A stretch of DNA of 64,000 nt from Candidatus Woesearchaeota archaeon (GCA_964613185.1 CAZTIP010000001.1:129814-193813), one strand, 5' to 3'. Shown: positions 27,284 through 36,067, counted from the first letter of the stretch. Program-made: numbers and translations. The notes: generated by a model from the letters alone, not told the origin.

Positions 27284-27428
27284 TTTCAGATTATCCTATA
27301 TGGGGAAAAGTTATTTAGATATATAAAGTTTATCTTTTATAGATATAAGGTATTTTAAACCATATATAAAATTTCCCAGATTTCCAGATTCTCAAAAAAT
27401 ACTTAAATTTAGAGGGGGTAACAAAACA

Positions 27429-27436
27429 TTTATAAA
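27429..27436 (+). promoter_or_regulatory. Distal TATA box TTTATAAA upstream of the S-layer gene
   Basis: First of two tandem copies of (c/g)(a/c)tttataaacaaa. Followed by the hairpin CCCCTTaaaacAAGGGG. Confidence 0.4.
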
Positions 27437-27491
27437 CAAACCCCTTAAAACAAGGGGTAAAAAGAGGTTTCAGAAAGGGGCAGTGACAAGC

Positions 27492-27499
27492 TTTATAAA
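27492..27499 (+). promoter_or_regulatory. Proximal TATA box TTTATAAA upstream of the S-layer gene (implies a leader of about 180 nt)
   Basis: Octamer identical to the other promoters, but about 208 nt from the ATG. Confidence 0.45.
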
Positions 27500-27690
27500 C
27501 AAAAAGTTAGTTAGATATTCAAGCGTTATTGTTTATCAATAATGCATTGACTAGTCAGTGTACATAAAGGGACAACTAGCGATAACAACTTATAACTTTC
27601 CCTAGTTATTAAGTCCGGCCAGGCTATTAGAAAATCTGAATTCGCAAATGCGAAGCCTTGAACAAGGCGGCTAAACTAATGGTGCTGAAA

Positions 27691-27696
27691 GGAGGT
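27691..27696 (+). promoter_or_regulatory. Shine-Dalgarno GGAGGT, 10 nt upstream of the S-layer ATG
   Basis: Complementary to the 16S 3' end ...GATCACCTCCT read from 55125-55145. Confidence 0.6.
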
Positions 27697-27706
27697 TTAA
27701 AAAATA

Positions 27707-30277
27707 ATGAAAAAAATATTTAGAAAAGCTATAACAGTATTAGGAACAGGTTTATTAATTGGTTCCACAGCAGGCATCGCAGCCGCTGCGGCATATCCTA
27801 GTCCTTTTACAAGTAACACAGCTGTTGTTTATGGTTATGATGCTGATGCAAGTGATAGTATCGCTGCAGGTAACATTGTATCTAACTTAGATGCAAATGC
27901 TGCTGGAAGTAGTACAACTACAATTACCGGAGAATCAGCAGATTTAGCTAGTGGTTCAGATCTTCTTTATTTGAATGATGAATTCAGCGAAAACATTCAA
28001 ACTTTAACAAAGAGTGACTTACCTACAGTTTTAGCAGATGAAGTTTTTACAGATAACGATGGAACTAATTACGATTTTGAACAAAAATTAGTAATTGGAA
28101 CCAGTACAAATAATGGTTTTGAATTCGGAAATTCTGACAATGATTTGGATGATCCTGCTTTAATGCTTAAATTATCTACAACTGCAACTGCAACTAATGC
28201 TATTTATGATTTAACTGCAACTTTCAATAGTGCAGTAAATTTTACTGCAAGTGATTCAGAAGGGGAAGATATAACTATCTTCGGAAGAACTTATACTGTT
28301 GCAACTGCTACAGATGATAATACCTTAGTATTGCTAGGAGGTTCTGGAAGTTCCAACATAAATGTTGGAGAAACCAAAAATATCGCTGTAGGAAGTGAAT
28401 CTTACACTGTTACTCTTGATGGTCTTAGTTCTGCTTCAACTACCCAAGCTAGTGTAACTGTTAACGGAGAAACTAAAACATTTACTGAAGGTCAGACTAA
28501 AACTCTCGCTGGATTAGATGTTTATGTTAAAACTGTTTTCAGAACTGGAGATGATGGTTCAGGATATGCCGAGGTTCAACTTGGTGCAGATAAATTAACT
28601 CTAGAGTCTGGAAATGCAGTTCAAACTGGTTCAGATACTGATGATATTGATGGAACTTTAGTTACATTCACACCATCATCAGCAACCGGCGTTCAAGCAT
28701 TAACAGAAATTAAAATTACTGTTGCTGCTGAAGACAACGATGCAAATCATTTATTAAATGGTGAATCATTTGTTGATCCAGTTTTCGGAACAGTTGTTGT
28801 AAACTTTGACAGTGTTCAAAATGGACCTACCTTTTCTGGAGAAAAAGATACTGGTAGAACAGATCTTGAAATCCAAAAAGGAGGAAATAGAGAGCTTCAT
28901 TTATCTTTAACAGATAATGCTGGAGACAGTGCTACTCTTCCATTTACATATAATACTGGTTTAAGTGATGATAATAGTAATAATATTTCCGTAGTAGAGG
29001 GAGAATCAATTTCGGATGATGGGATGTTTATCCTAAATTCAGGAAATAATCAACACTTTATGCAGATTACTAAGTTAAATTTGGATGATGGAGCAAATAG
29101 TGATGTTGCTATGAAGGATTTAATTTCCGGAGAAACTTACACATTTGATGATCATAATTTTGCTAGTGGATATAGTGCGACTATTTCAGGTCAAACTTAC
29201 ACCATTACAAATGATAGTGCTACAACAGTAACTGTTGTTTCTAGTGATTTCACCACAAGTGCAGTTACAGATGGAACAGTAGTTAGTGTGTATCCTTATC
29301 TAGAACTTGTTTCTGGAGAAGATACAAGAGTTGCGATGACTGATTATGTATTGGTTTTAGATGATATTCAAACCGGTTCTACTGGAGTGAATGTAACCTT
29401 AGATCTTCCAACAGGAAGTATTGACATAACTCAAAATGCAACAAATGATAGTCTTCAACTTGGAAGTACAGGTGTAGTAATAACTGAAAACAAGACTGTT
29501 AAGGTAGGATCTGCATATTACGACTTTGTAGTATCTGATGGTACTGGATTAGGTAATGTGGATGTCCGTATTGGTATGGATGATGGTCAAAGTAGTGCAG
29601 GAAATGCAGCTGCAGGAACTATTACAACTGCAGGTATTCTTTTTGTAGAAGATGAAGATAAATCTGAATCAACTACAACTACAAAGAATGCCTTCGTAGT
29701 AACTACAACTGACACAGGATCTTATAGTACAGTTTCTGCTCCTGTTTTCACAGGAACTTCAGACACAGAAACTTGGGACAATACAGACTTTACAGGTTGG
29801 TTGACTAACTATGGTACTTATGTATGGAGGGACACTGGAGATTCTAATCAAAACTTTGTAGGTTTATCCTATGGAAACGAGATTATGTCTGCAGATGTAA
29901 CTTTTGCGGAAGGCGAAGTTTCACCCACAGGTTCAGCAGGTATATTATCTGTAATGGATACTGACGTTGCTAGTGTTGCTGGAATGAACTTAGTTGTTGT
30001 TGGTGGTTCTGCCATCAACTCTGTTGCTGCTGAATTACTTGGTGGTGCATACGGTGGAGATATGTTTACTAGTATGACTGGTGTTTCTGCAGGAGGATTC
30101 TTAATTGAATCTTTCGCAAGAAGCGGTAAAACTGCACTTTTAGTTGCAGGATACAACGCTGCAGATACAACAAAAGCTACCACATATTTAACTAACAATA
30201 TGGATAAAGTTGATACAACTGTTGGTAACAAATATACAGGTAACACTGCTACATCAGCTACATTAACTGTTGATTAA
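27707..30277 (+). CDS. S-layer (surface layer) protein candidate, 856 aa, Cys-free
   Basis: Signal MKKIFRKAITVLGTGLLIGSTAGIAAAAA. Thr/Ser/Asp/Gly-rich with no cysteine. N-terminal YPSPF..AVVYG..ASDSIAAGNI and C-terminal NLVVVGGSAINSVAAELLGG...LLVAGYNAADT resemble methanococcal-type S-layer protein termini. Strong SD, long leader and strong terminator. Composition differs from the neighbours. Confidence 0.65.
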   Translation: MKKIFRKAITVLGTGLLIGSTAGIAAAAAYPSPFTSNTAVVYGYDADASDSIAAGNIVSNLDANAAGSSTTTITGESADLASGSDLLYLNDEFSENIQTLTKSDLPTVLADEVFTDNDGTNYDFEQKLVIGTSTNNGFEFGNSDNDLDDPALMLKLSTTATATNAIYDLTATFNSAVNFTASDSEGEDITIFGRTYTVATATDDNTLVLLGGSGSSNINVGETKNIAVGSESYTVTLDGLSSASTTQASVTVNGETKTFTEGQTKTLAGLDVYVKTVFRTGDDGSGYAEVQLGADKLTLESGNAVQTGSDTDDIDGTLVTFTPSSATGVQALTEIKITVAAEDNDANHLLNGESFVDPVFGTVVVNFDSVQNGPTFSGEKDTGRTDLEIQKGGNRELHLSLTDNAGDSATLPFTYNTGLSDDNSNNISVVEGESISDDGMFILNSGNNQHFMQITKLNLDDGANSDVAMKDLISGETYTFDDHNFASGYSATISGQTYTITNDSATTVTVVSSDFTTSAVTDGTVVSVYPYLELVSGEDTRVAMTDYVLVLDDIQTGSTGVNVTLDLPTGSIDITQNATNDSLQLGSTGVVITENKTVKVGSAYYDFVVSDGTGLGNVDVRIGMDDGQSSAGNAAAGTITTAGILFVEDEDKSESTTTTKNAFVVTTTDTGSYSTVSAPVFTGTSDTETWDNTDFTGWLTNYGTYVWRDTGDSNQNFVGLSYGNEIMSADVTFAEGEVSPTGSAGILSVMDTDVASVAGMNLVVVGGSAINSVAAELLGGAYGGDMFTSMTGVSAGGFLIESFARSGKTALLVAGYNAADTTKATTYLTNNMDKVDTTVGNKYTGNTATSATLTVD

Positions 30278-30289
30278 ATCAAAAACTTA

Positions 30290-30345
30290 AAGAAGGATTT
30301 ATTTCCTTTCTTTTTTTTCTTTTTTTTCTTTTTCTTTTTTTTTCA
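30290..30345 (+). terminator. Hairpin plus long oligo-T tracts downstream of the S-layer gene
   Basis: agaaggatttatttcctttct followed by tttttttcttttttttctttttcttttttttt. Confidence 0.6.
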
Positions 30346-30427
30346 AGAAGGGAGATTTCTATGCGAAATTTTCCAAGAGGATTTTCTAAACAATAGGTTA
30401 TTTAAACAATAAATTTCTTCTAAAAAC

Positions 30428-31006
30428 ATGTTAAGGAAAATAAAAACTCAAGAAGAAATTGCTAAAAAGAAAAAACAAACCCAAATTATCGTCGGAACAG
30501 CGATGATTTTTTTATTAGTAGTTTCAACATTAGGTTTTTCACTTTCAAGCAGAATTTCCGACGATAATACGCAAGAAATTGAACAAAACGGATTTACATT
30601 TTTCCAAGAAAATGGAAGATGGAACACATACATAGAAGGACAAAATTTTAATTTTGTATATCTTCCAGAACAAATCGCAGAAGTCTCGGTTGAAGGTTTT
30701 TACGACTTAACAAATTACGCACAAAAACCATTATACTTTGTAGGAACAAATCAAGCAAGTTCAGAAATTTTAAACACTTTGGGAAGATATGTTTCAAGAA
30801 ATCAAGAAGTCTGCCTAGAGGGGGAAGATTGCATCGGAGATTTACCTATAAAAACTTGCGAAGATAATTTAATAATCTTCAAAGAATCAAAAGATTTAGA
30901 ATCTTCAACAGATAAAGTTTACCAAGAAAATAATTGCGTATTCATAATTGGAGACTCACTAAAAAGTGCCGACGCATTCCTATACAAAGTTTTAAAAATA
31001 AATTAA
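30428..31006 (+). CDS. N-terminally anchored extracytoplasmic protein, hypothetical
   Basis: Basic N-terminus followed by IIVGTAMIFLLVVSTLGFSL helix. 5 Cys in the ectodomain. Confidence 0.45.
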   Translation: MLRKIKTQEEIAKKKKQTQIIVGTAMIFLLVVSTLGFSLSSRISDDNTQEIEQNGFTFFQENGRWNTYIEGQNFNFVYLPEQIAEVSVEGFYDLTNYAQKPLYFVGTNQASSEILNTLGRYVSRNQEVCLEGEDCIGDLPIKTCEDNLIIFKESKDLESSTDKVYQENNCVFIIGDSLKSADAFLYKVLKIN

Positions 31007-31019
31007 AATTTTAAATGTC

Positions 31020-31712
31020 ATGGTTAAAAAGAAAAAAGAAGCCAAAAAAACAGAAACGGAAAAGAAACCATCAAAAAAGATAATCAGCGAAGAGAATCAA
31101 CAATTAATTTGGTTTTTCATAATTATTGCAGTAGTTTTTGCATCTTTTTTAGGACCTTATTTTTACATTGAAGGATTAAAGAAATTTGATTTCGCAGGGA
31201 TAGAATGGGTGCAAGAAGAATACACAAACTTAGAAGTTTATCATGGAAGATTTTTTGCATTCAATGGAGCCGATGTGATTTACAATATTTATTTGAGGAA
31301 TGATCCAAGAACAAACAATGTATCTGTAGAGGGAGATTTTAATATATTTAGGTCTAAAGGGTTCATTGCTTTAGAAAGCAGTTTTGAAAATTGCAGGGGC
31401 GAAGGAGTAAGAGTAATGGCAGATTTAGCTGCGTTTTTAAGGTCAGGAGTAGGGGTAACAAATTTAGATGTTGCGACAACAAATTTAAATTTCGCTAAAG
31501 AATCTGGAAGAACTTTCGCAGATTGTTCAACTCCAAAAGATGTAACTGTTATAAAAATTCAGAAGGGAGATGGTAGTTGGATTTATCAAGATGAAGAAAA
31601 CCCTTTTTGTTACACAATTAATGTAGATACTTGCGACGACATAAAACCGGTGGAAAAATTCATGATAGAAGCAATTTCTGCATTCAAAACAAATTCCTCA
31701 AAAAGCGAATAA
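31020..31712 (+). CDS. N-terminally anchored extracytoplasmic protein, hypothetical
   Basis: Lys-rich N-terminus followed by LIWFFIIIAVVFASFLGPYFY helix. Confidence 0.45.
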   Translation: MVKKKKEAKKTETEKKPSKKIISEENQQLIWFFIIIAVVFASFLGPYFYIEGLKKFDFAGIEWVQEEYTNLEVYHGRFFAFNGADVIYNIYLRNDPRTNNVSVEGDFNIFRSKGFIALESSFENCRGEGVRVMADLAAFLRSGVGVTNLDVATTNLNFAKESGRTFADCSTPKDVTVIKIQKGDGSWIYQDEENPFCYTINVDTCDDIKPVEKFMIEAISAFKTNSSKSE

Positions 31713-32180
31713 ATGGAAAGCCAAATACTCTTCGGATTTTTATTAACCATGCTCCCAATTTTTGAACTAAGGGGAGGATTACCTTTAATTGTAGAATACA
31801 CTGTCAAAAACGGAATATCAGTTTGGCCATATTTTTTAATAGTTTTAATTTTAAACATTCTAACAATTCTAATAGTTTTTTTATTTTTAGATTTTTTTCA
31901 CGAGATATTATTAAACTTAAAAAGTTACAAAAAATTCTTTGAAAAGGTTTTGGGAAGAATACAAAAAAAGATACATAAGGTTCAGGAAACAAAATATATT
32001 GCACTAATGCTTTTAGTTGCAGTTCCACTTCCTGGAACTGGAGCATGGACGGGGGCCCTAATTGCATGGCTCCTAAAATTAAACAGGTTAAAGAGTTTCA
32101 TAGCAATCTCTGCAGGAATAATCATTGCAGGAATTTTAGTTCTTTCAGCGTCTCTTGGATTTTTTTCCGGAGTCTATTAA
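31713..32180 (+). CDS. Small multidrug-export-like membrane protein (COG2426-type)
   Basis: LPIFELRGGLPL and PLPGTGAWTGALIAWLL motifs. About 4 TM helices. Confidence 0.5.
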   Translation: MESQILFGFLLTMLPIFELRGGLPLIVEYTVKNGISVWPYFLIVLILNILTILIVFLFLDFFHEILLNLKSYKKFFEKVLGRIQKKIHKVQETKYIALMLLVAVPLPGTGAWTGALIAWLLKLNRLKSFIAISAGIIIAGILVLSASLGFFSGVY

Positions 32181-32696
32181 ACCAAACAAATATTTTAAAT
32201 CAGAATAAACAGGGATAGTTTTCAAACGAAACAAATAAACCATTAAAATCCAAATTCCAACAACAAAAATAATTGAAACAAAATTCCAAAGTAACCAATG
32301 AACTGCTTCAAAGTAATTAGTTCTAACGATTGAAACAAGGAAAACCAACCGAGACATATTAAAAAAGAAAAGCAGAACAAATGAACTAAGCAAAACAGCA
32401 AGTCTCTTTTTAAAATTTATTTCTCTCGTAGAAAAAACAAAAATAAAAATCAAATAAAAAGCAGAACCGGCAATACAGGCAGGAACTATTTCAAAAATAA
32501 TTCGTTTAAAATGAATTGAATTTCCAATGACCAAGGATTCCCCCGACAAAGAAAGAATAGAATCAAGAATAGAGATTGTAATGGGGGTAAGAAGTTTATA
32601 AAATAAATAAAGATTGCCAAGACCCAAAAGAATAATCAATAAATACCTCGAGAATATTTCAAAAATATTTTTCATCTGTTTATCCATAAAATTCAA
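32145..32696 (-). CDS. Archaeosortase/exosortase-family protein (small, 183 aa)
   Basis: Polytopic membrane protein with the family's Cys/Arg/His pattern in TM context: VPACIAGSAFYL, FFFNMSRLVFLV, AVHWLLWNF. Confidence 0.55.
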   Translation of the reverse strand: MNFMDKQMKNIFEIFSRYLLIILLGLGNLYLFYKLLTPITISILDSILSLSGESLVIGNSIHFKRIIFEIVPACIAGSAFYLIFIFVFSTREINFKKRLAVLLSSFVLLFFFNMSRLVFLVSIVRTNYFEAVHWLLWNFVSIIFVVGIWILMVYLFRLKTIPVYSDLKYLFGLIDSGKKSKRR

Positions 32697-32720
32697 ATGA
32701 TTCTTTGTTTAAAAAAGTTC

Positions 32721-34412
32721 TTAAAATTCAACAGGATTTTTTCTTCGAGAAACCTTTGCGATTAAAGTTAAAAGAATCAAGATAACTAAGGCAATTATTC
32801 CTATAATTGCATAACCTGCAATATCTCCAAGAGAACTAAAAAATCCAGGAACTTCATCAATATTTACAGAAACAGATTGTTTAAAGGATTCTCCGTCAAG
32901 AATAGAATTAATCACAAAAGTATGACGCCCACTAGCAAATGGAACAAACCTCAATGTAACTTCTTCAGCCGAATTTTCCCCAATAATCAATGAAGCTGGT
33001 TCAACACTAACAACCTCTGCCCAAGTATCTATTTCAGATAAAGAGATTGCAAAATTCCCAGTATTTCCATTATTCCTAATTAAAACTTTAACAGAAATTT
33101 CTTCTCCAACAACAGGTTCATTTTGAAGTTTAGCAGTAACTGTAGGTTCTGGGGAAGCACAATCAAGAATTTCAACCCTTATCCTATAATTTTCTCCTAA
33201 GTCATCATCGGAGTTCAAATCATAAGAGAACAAATCTAACTCATCTTCATCATTATCATAATCAAAGTGGTTTACAACTTGCAAGAAATAACTGGACTTA
33301 TCCAAATCTTCAGGCAAATTCACGAAAAAATTAGCATCCCTTCGTTTACCAGATTTAAGATTATCAATCAAGAAAGATTCATCAATTCCCAATTCAAAAC
33401 TATAAAGATTTACCAAAATTTTATCTTCCTTACTACTCCCAATATTATAAACTGGAAAACTCACCGCAATATTTTCAGCACCGCAAGAAGCAGAGATTTT
33501 TTGACCAAATAAATCACTATCCTTGATGATTACAGATTGATCATCTTCACGAATAAATTCTACAGTGTGGTAAGCGTCATCAACATCATTAAAATCATTT
33601 GAAGAAGAAACACAAGACAAAGCTTCATCATCTTCATCATAAGCTTTAATATAAATTGTATAACTCCCTTCGGCTAAATCTGCAGGAACTTCAGGAATAA
33701 CAAACAAGGCAGTATCCTCTTCATTTTCATCAAGATTCTTCAAATCAATAATTTCTTCTTCAAAATCAAAATCATTAGTAACATCATCTCCAGAACTATC
33801 TAAAATCATAATCTCAACAACAATATCTCTAACTTTCTCAGAACCATCATTTTCAATCTCAACTTCAATCTCAACTTCGTCCAAAGGTTCCCACTCATCA
33901 TCTCCTCCATTTCCTAAATTATCCACATAAAAATTCTTTATAGTTAAAGTTCCATTTTCACCTTGTTCACAAAATTCGAAAGGAGGTTGACTAACAACTA
34001 AAGTCACATTAATTTTTCCACGGGATAAAGGCCCAGAATTTAACGCACCAAAAAATTCAATTTCTCCGGTATAAGTTCCAATAGCCTGATTTGAAGGAAC
34101 TTGGATATCTAAAGAAACGTCCAACGAACTTCCACTAACTATAACAGTGGTAGAATTAATTTGGGGAACATTAATATTTGAAGAATCTAAAACATCCGAA
34201 TCACTAATTAAATCAGAAAAATTAAATGAAAGAGTATTCATTGTTGAAGAATAATTGTTCAGGATATTTAAATTCAAACTTGTTAAAGAACCTTGATCTG
34301 CAGAACCTGACAATTCAGTTGGATTAAAAATAGTATTAGCACTAACAAATCCGATTCCCATAACTAAAATTAAGAGAAATCCAACGAACCCAAATGCTTT
34401 TTTTGCTTCCAT
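32721..34412 (-). CDS. Acidic cell-surface protein with PGF-type C-terminal sorting signal (putative archaeosortase substrate)
   Basis: Signal AFGFVGFLLILVMGIGFVSA. C-terminus DEVPGFFSSLGDIAGYAIIGIIALVILILLTLIAKVSRRK is motif + TM + basic cluster. 24 nt upstream of the sortase-like gene on the same strand. Confidence 0.6.
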   Translation of the reverse strand: MEAKKAFGFVGFLLILVMGIGFVSANTIFNPTELSGSADQGSLTSLNLNILNNYSSTMNTLSFNFSDLISDSDVLDSSNINVPQINSTTVIVSGSSLDVSLDIQVPSNQAIGTYTGEIEFFGALNSGPLSRGKINVTLVVSQPPFEFCEQGENGTLTIKNFYVDNLGNGGDDEWEPLDEVEIEVEIENDGSEKVRDIVVEIMILDSSGDDVTNDFDFEEEIIDLKNLDENEEDTALFVIPEVPADLAEGSYTIYIKAYDEDDEALSCVSSSNDFNDVDDAYHTVEFIREDDQSVIIKDSDLFGQKISASCGAENIAVSFPVYNIGSSKEDKILVNLYSFELGIDESFLIDNLKSGKRRDANFFVNLPEDLDKSSYFLQVVNHFDYDNDEDELDLFSYDLNSDDDLGENYRIRVEILDCASPEPTVTAKLQNEPVVGEEISVKVLIRNNGNTGNFAISLSEIDTWAEVVSVEPASLIIGENSAEEVTLRFVPFASGRHTFVINSILDGESFKQSVSVNIDEVPGFFSSLGDIAGYAIIGIIALVILILLTLIAKVSRRKNPVEF

Positions 34413-34524
34413 GTTGTAATTTCTTAATTACGTCACTTTATAAGAATTTATATGATTTCTTGCAACCTTAAATTTTCAGATAAAAATTAATTCACAGAGT
34501 TTACCCTCGACGATTTTCAAAACA

Positions 34525-34532
34525 TTTATAAA
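34525..34532 (+). promoter_or_regulatory. TATA box TTTATAAA, 22 nt upstream of the ATG at 34554
   Basis: Recurrent octamer and spacing. Confidence 0.5.
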
Positions 34533-34553
34533 TTTAAGTTTATTAAGATTTTT

Positions 34554-34922
34554 ATGGTAAAATCACGAGAGAATTTATTTGGGGCATATGCGTTTTTAGT
34601 AGGAGTAGTTTTGGCAATAATTTTTGGATTATTTAACGAATCGCTTGAAAGGGCAGGCGGTGCATTCTATTCTACTTTGGTAGTAATAGGGCTAATAGTT
34701 GGCTTCGCGAATACCGATGATAAAGGTTCCGGAACTTTTTTAATTGCAAGTTTATCATTAGTTCTGGTAGGTGCATTAGGAAAAGACTCTCTAATATTTA
34801 TCGCACAAGGAAACTATGTAGTAACTTCATTAAGGAATATTTTAGGATCTTTAATGGTATTATTCATCCCGGCAACAATTATAGTATCGTTAAAAACAGT
34901 ATTCGCAATGGCAAAAGTATAA
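34554..34922 (+). CDS. Small integral membrane protein (about 4 TM), hypothetical
   Basis: Hydrophobic throughout (FGAYAFLVGVVLAIIFGLF ...). Confidence 0.45.
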   Translation: MVKSRENLFGAYAFLVGVVLAIIFGLFNESLERAGGAFYSTLVVIGLIVGFANTDDKGSGTFLIASLSLVLVGALGKDSLIFIAQGNYVVTSLRNILGSLMVLFIPATIIVSLKTVFAMAKV

Positions 34923-34933
34923 TCTTTTAAAAA

Positions 34934-35326
34934 TTAAAATCTTTCTAATTCTTCTCTAGAAGATTCAGTAACCTCTACAGCACCCTTTTGAATTTCAAAA
35001 ACTTTTGAAGGTGTGGCAATTACCACATTTTCTCCAAAGCCCGCAATCTTCCCTTCCAATGCTTCAACAGTTTTCTTTATTTTAGAAATTGCTCGTTTAA
35101 GTTCAATAACGTCCTTTGATTTCAAAGGTTTAATATCAATAACAGCAATAGTATAACCTTCACGAAGGGAATTCAAAATAGGATTAATATCTTCATAAAC
35201 TTTCAAAACAAAAGTTTTAACTAAAACCTTAGAATCCGATTTTTCTTGTTCTAAATCAATCTCAATAAAATCTGGAGAAACTTCATCCTCTCCGCCCATC
35301 ATTTTTTTGAACTTATCAAATACCAT
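34934..35326 (-). CDS. sepF: Cell division protein SepF (DUF552)
   Basis: 130 aa. ...VLVKTFVLKVYEDINPILNSLREGYTIAVIDIKPLKSKDVIELKRAISKIK..ALEGKIAGFGENVVIATP matches the SepF core layout. FtsZ lies 3 kb away. Confidence 0.7.
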   Translation of the reverse strand: MVFDKFKKMMGGEDEVSPDFIEIDLEQEKSDSKVLVKTFVLKVYEDINPILNSLREGYTIAVIDIKPLKSKDVIELKRAISKIKKTVEALEGKIAGFGENVVIATPSKVFEIQKGAVEVTESSREELERF

Positions 35327-35461
35327 ATAATATTTTTATCCCATCAGTATTTAAATATTTATGTGATTGAGTAAAGTCAGAAGAATAAAAAATAAAAGAA
35401 AACATAGTAATAATAGAATTATAAAAAAAGAAGCTTTTAATCAATAACTATCCTAAAAAAC

Positions 35462-35496
35462 AAAACAAAAAAAACAAAAAAAAGCGACAGTGTCGC
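35462..35496 (-). terminator. Hairpin GCGACAcTGTCGC followed by T-tracts, downstream of prefoldin beta
   Basis: Minus strand reads gcgacactgtcgc tttttttt gtttttttt. Confidence 0.5.
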
Positions 35497-35510
35497 AAAA
35501 GTGAAAAAGA

Positions 35511-35930
35511 TTAACCTTGAATCTTTTTCATAACTTCATCACGAATTGATTCAATCTTTTGAGAAAATTCTTTCTCTTGTTCATCAAGAGTTTTCATTCT
35601 CGTTTCAAGAAGTTTCTTCTTATTTTCCATATCTTCAAGGATTTTTTCCTTTGTAGATTTAATCACAACTTGGTTACCAATTATCCGGGAAATTTCTCCA
35701 TCAGACTTGTTAACTTCTGCAATGATGTGGTCAGTTTCTGTAGATTCTGAAGAAAAAGCATTTTTCTGCATCAAAAGTTGCTGAAAACTTTGCTCTAACA
35801 TTTGAAGTTCTTGAATTTTTCTCTGAGTATCTTCATCCAAATTTCCAAAAGGATTTCCTGGATTAGCTACTGGAGCCTCTTCGTGATCGTGGTCACAATT
35901 TTCATCGTGAACGTGTTCGTCATTTGCCAT
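35511..35930 (-). CDS. pfdB: Prefoldin beta subunit with His/Asp-rich N-terminal extension
   Basis: Coiled-coil QELQMLEQSFQQLLMQ ... beta-hairpin ... KKLLETRMKTLDEQEKEF. Conserved L37ae-RpoP-PfdB gene order. Confidence 0.8.
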   Translation of the reverse strand: MANDEHVHDENCDHDHEEAPVANPGNPFGNLDEDTQRKIQELQMLEQSFQQLLMQKNAFSSESTETDHIIAEVNKSDGEISRIIGNQVVIKSTKEKILEDMENKKKLLETRMKTLDEQEKEFSQKIESIRDEVMKKIQG

Positions 35931-36067
35931 TAATCTGTTTTTAAAGTTTTTAATTTAGTTCGTTGTTTATAAAATATTTTTGAACCACATTCGGGACAAA
36001 CAAATCGCTTATCCAACTCCTTAGATTTAATCTTACTCCCACAATGAAAACATTTGTATTCTGCCAT
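35930..36067 (-). CDS. rpoP: DNA-directed RNA polymerase subunit P (Rpo12), 45 aa, not in the ORF track
   Basis: My translation is MAEYKCFHCGSKIKSKELDKRFVCPECGSKIFYKQRTKLKTLKTD. CxxC...CxxC zinc ribbon followed by K-x-R. The stop overlaps the pfdB ATG (TAATG). Confidence 0.75.
   Translation of the reverse strand: MAEYKCFHCGSKIKSKELDKRFVCPECGSKIFYKQRTKLKTLKTD

Noticed and set aside
27679-27723. 14-codon uORF (MVLKGGLKNNEKNI) overlapping the SD and start of the S-layer gene
   Set aside because: It has no SD or promoter logic of its own and is very short. It probably arises by chance in the leader.
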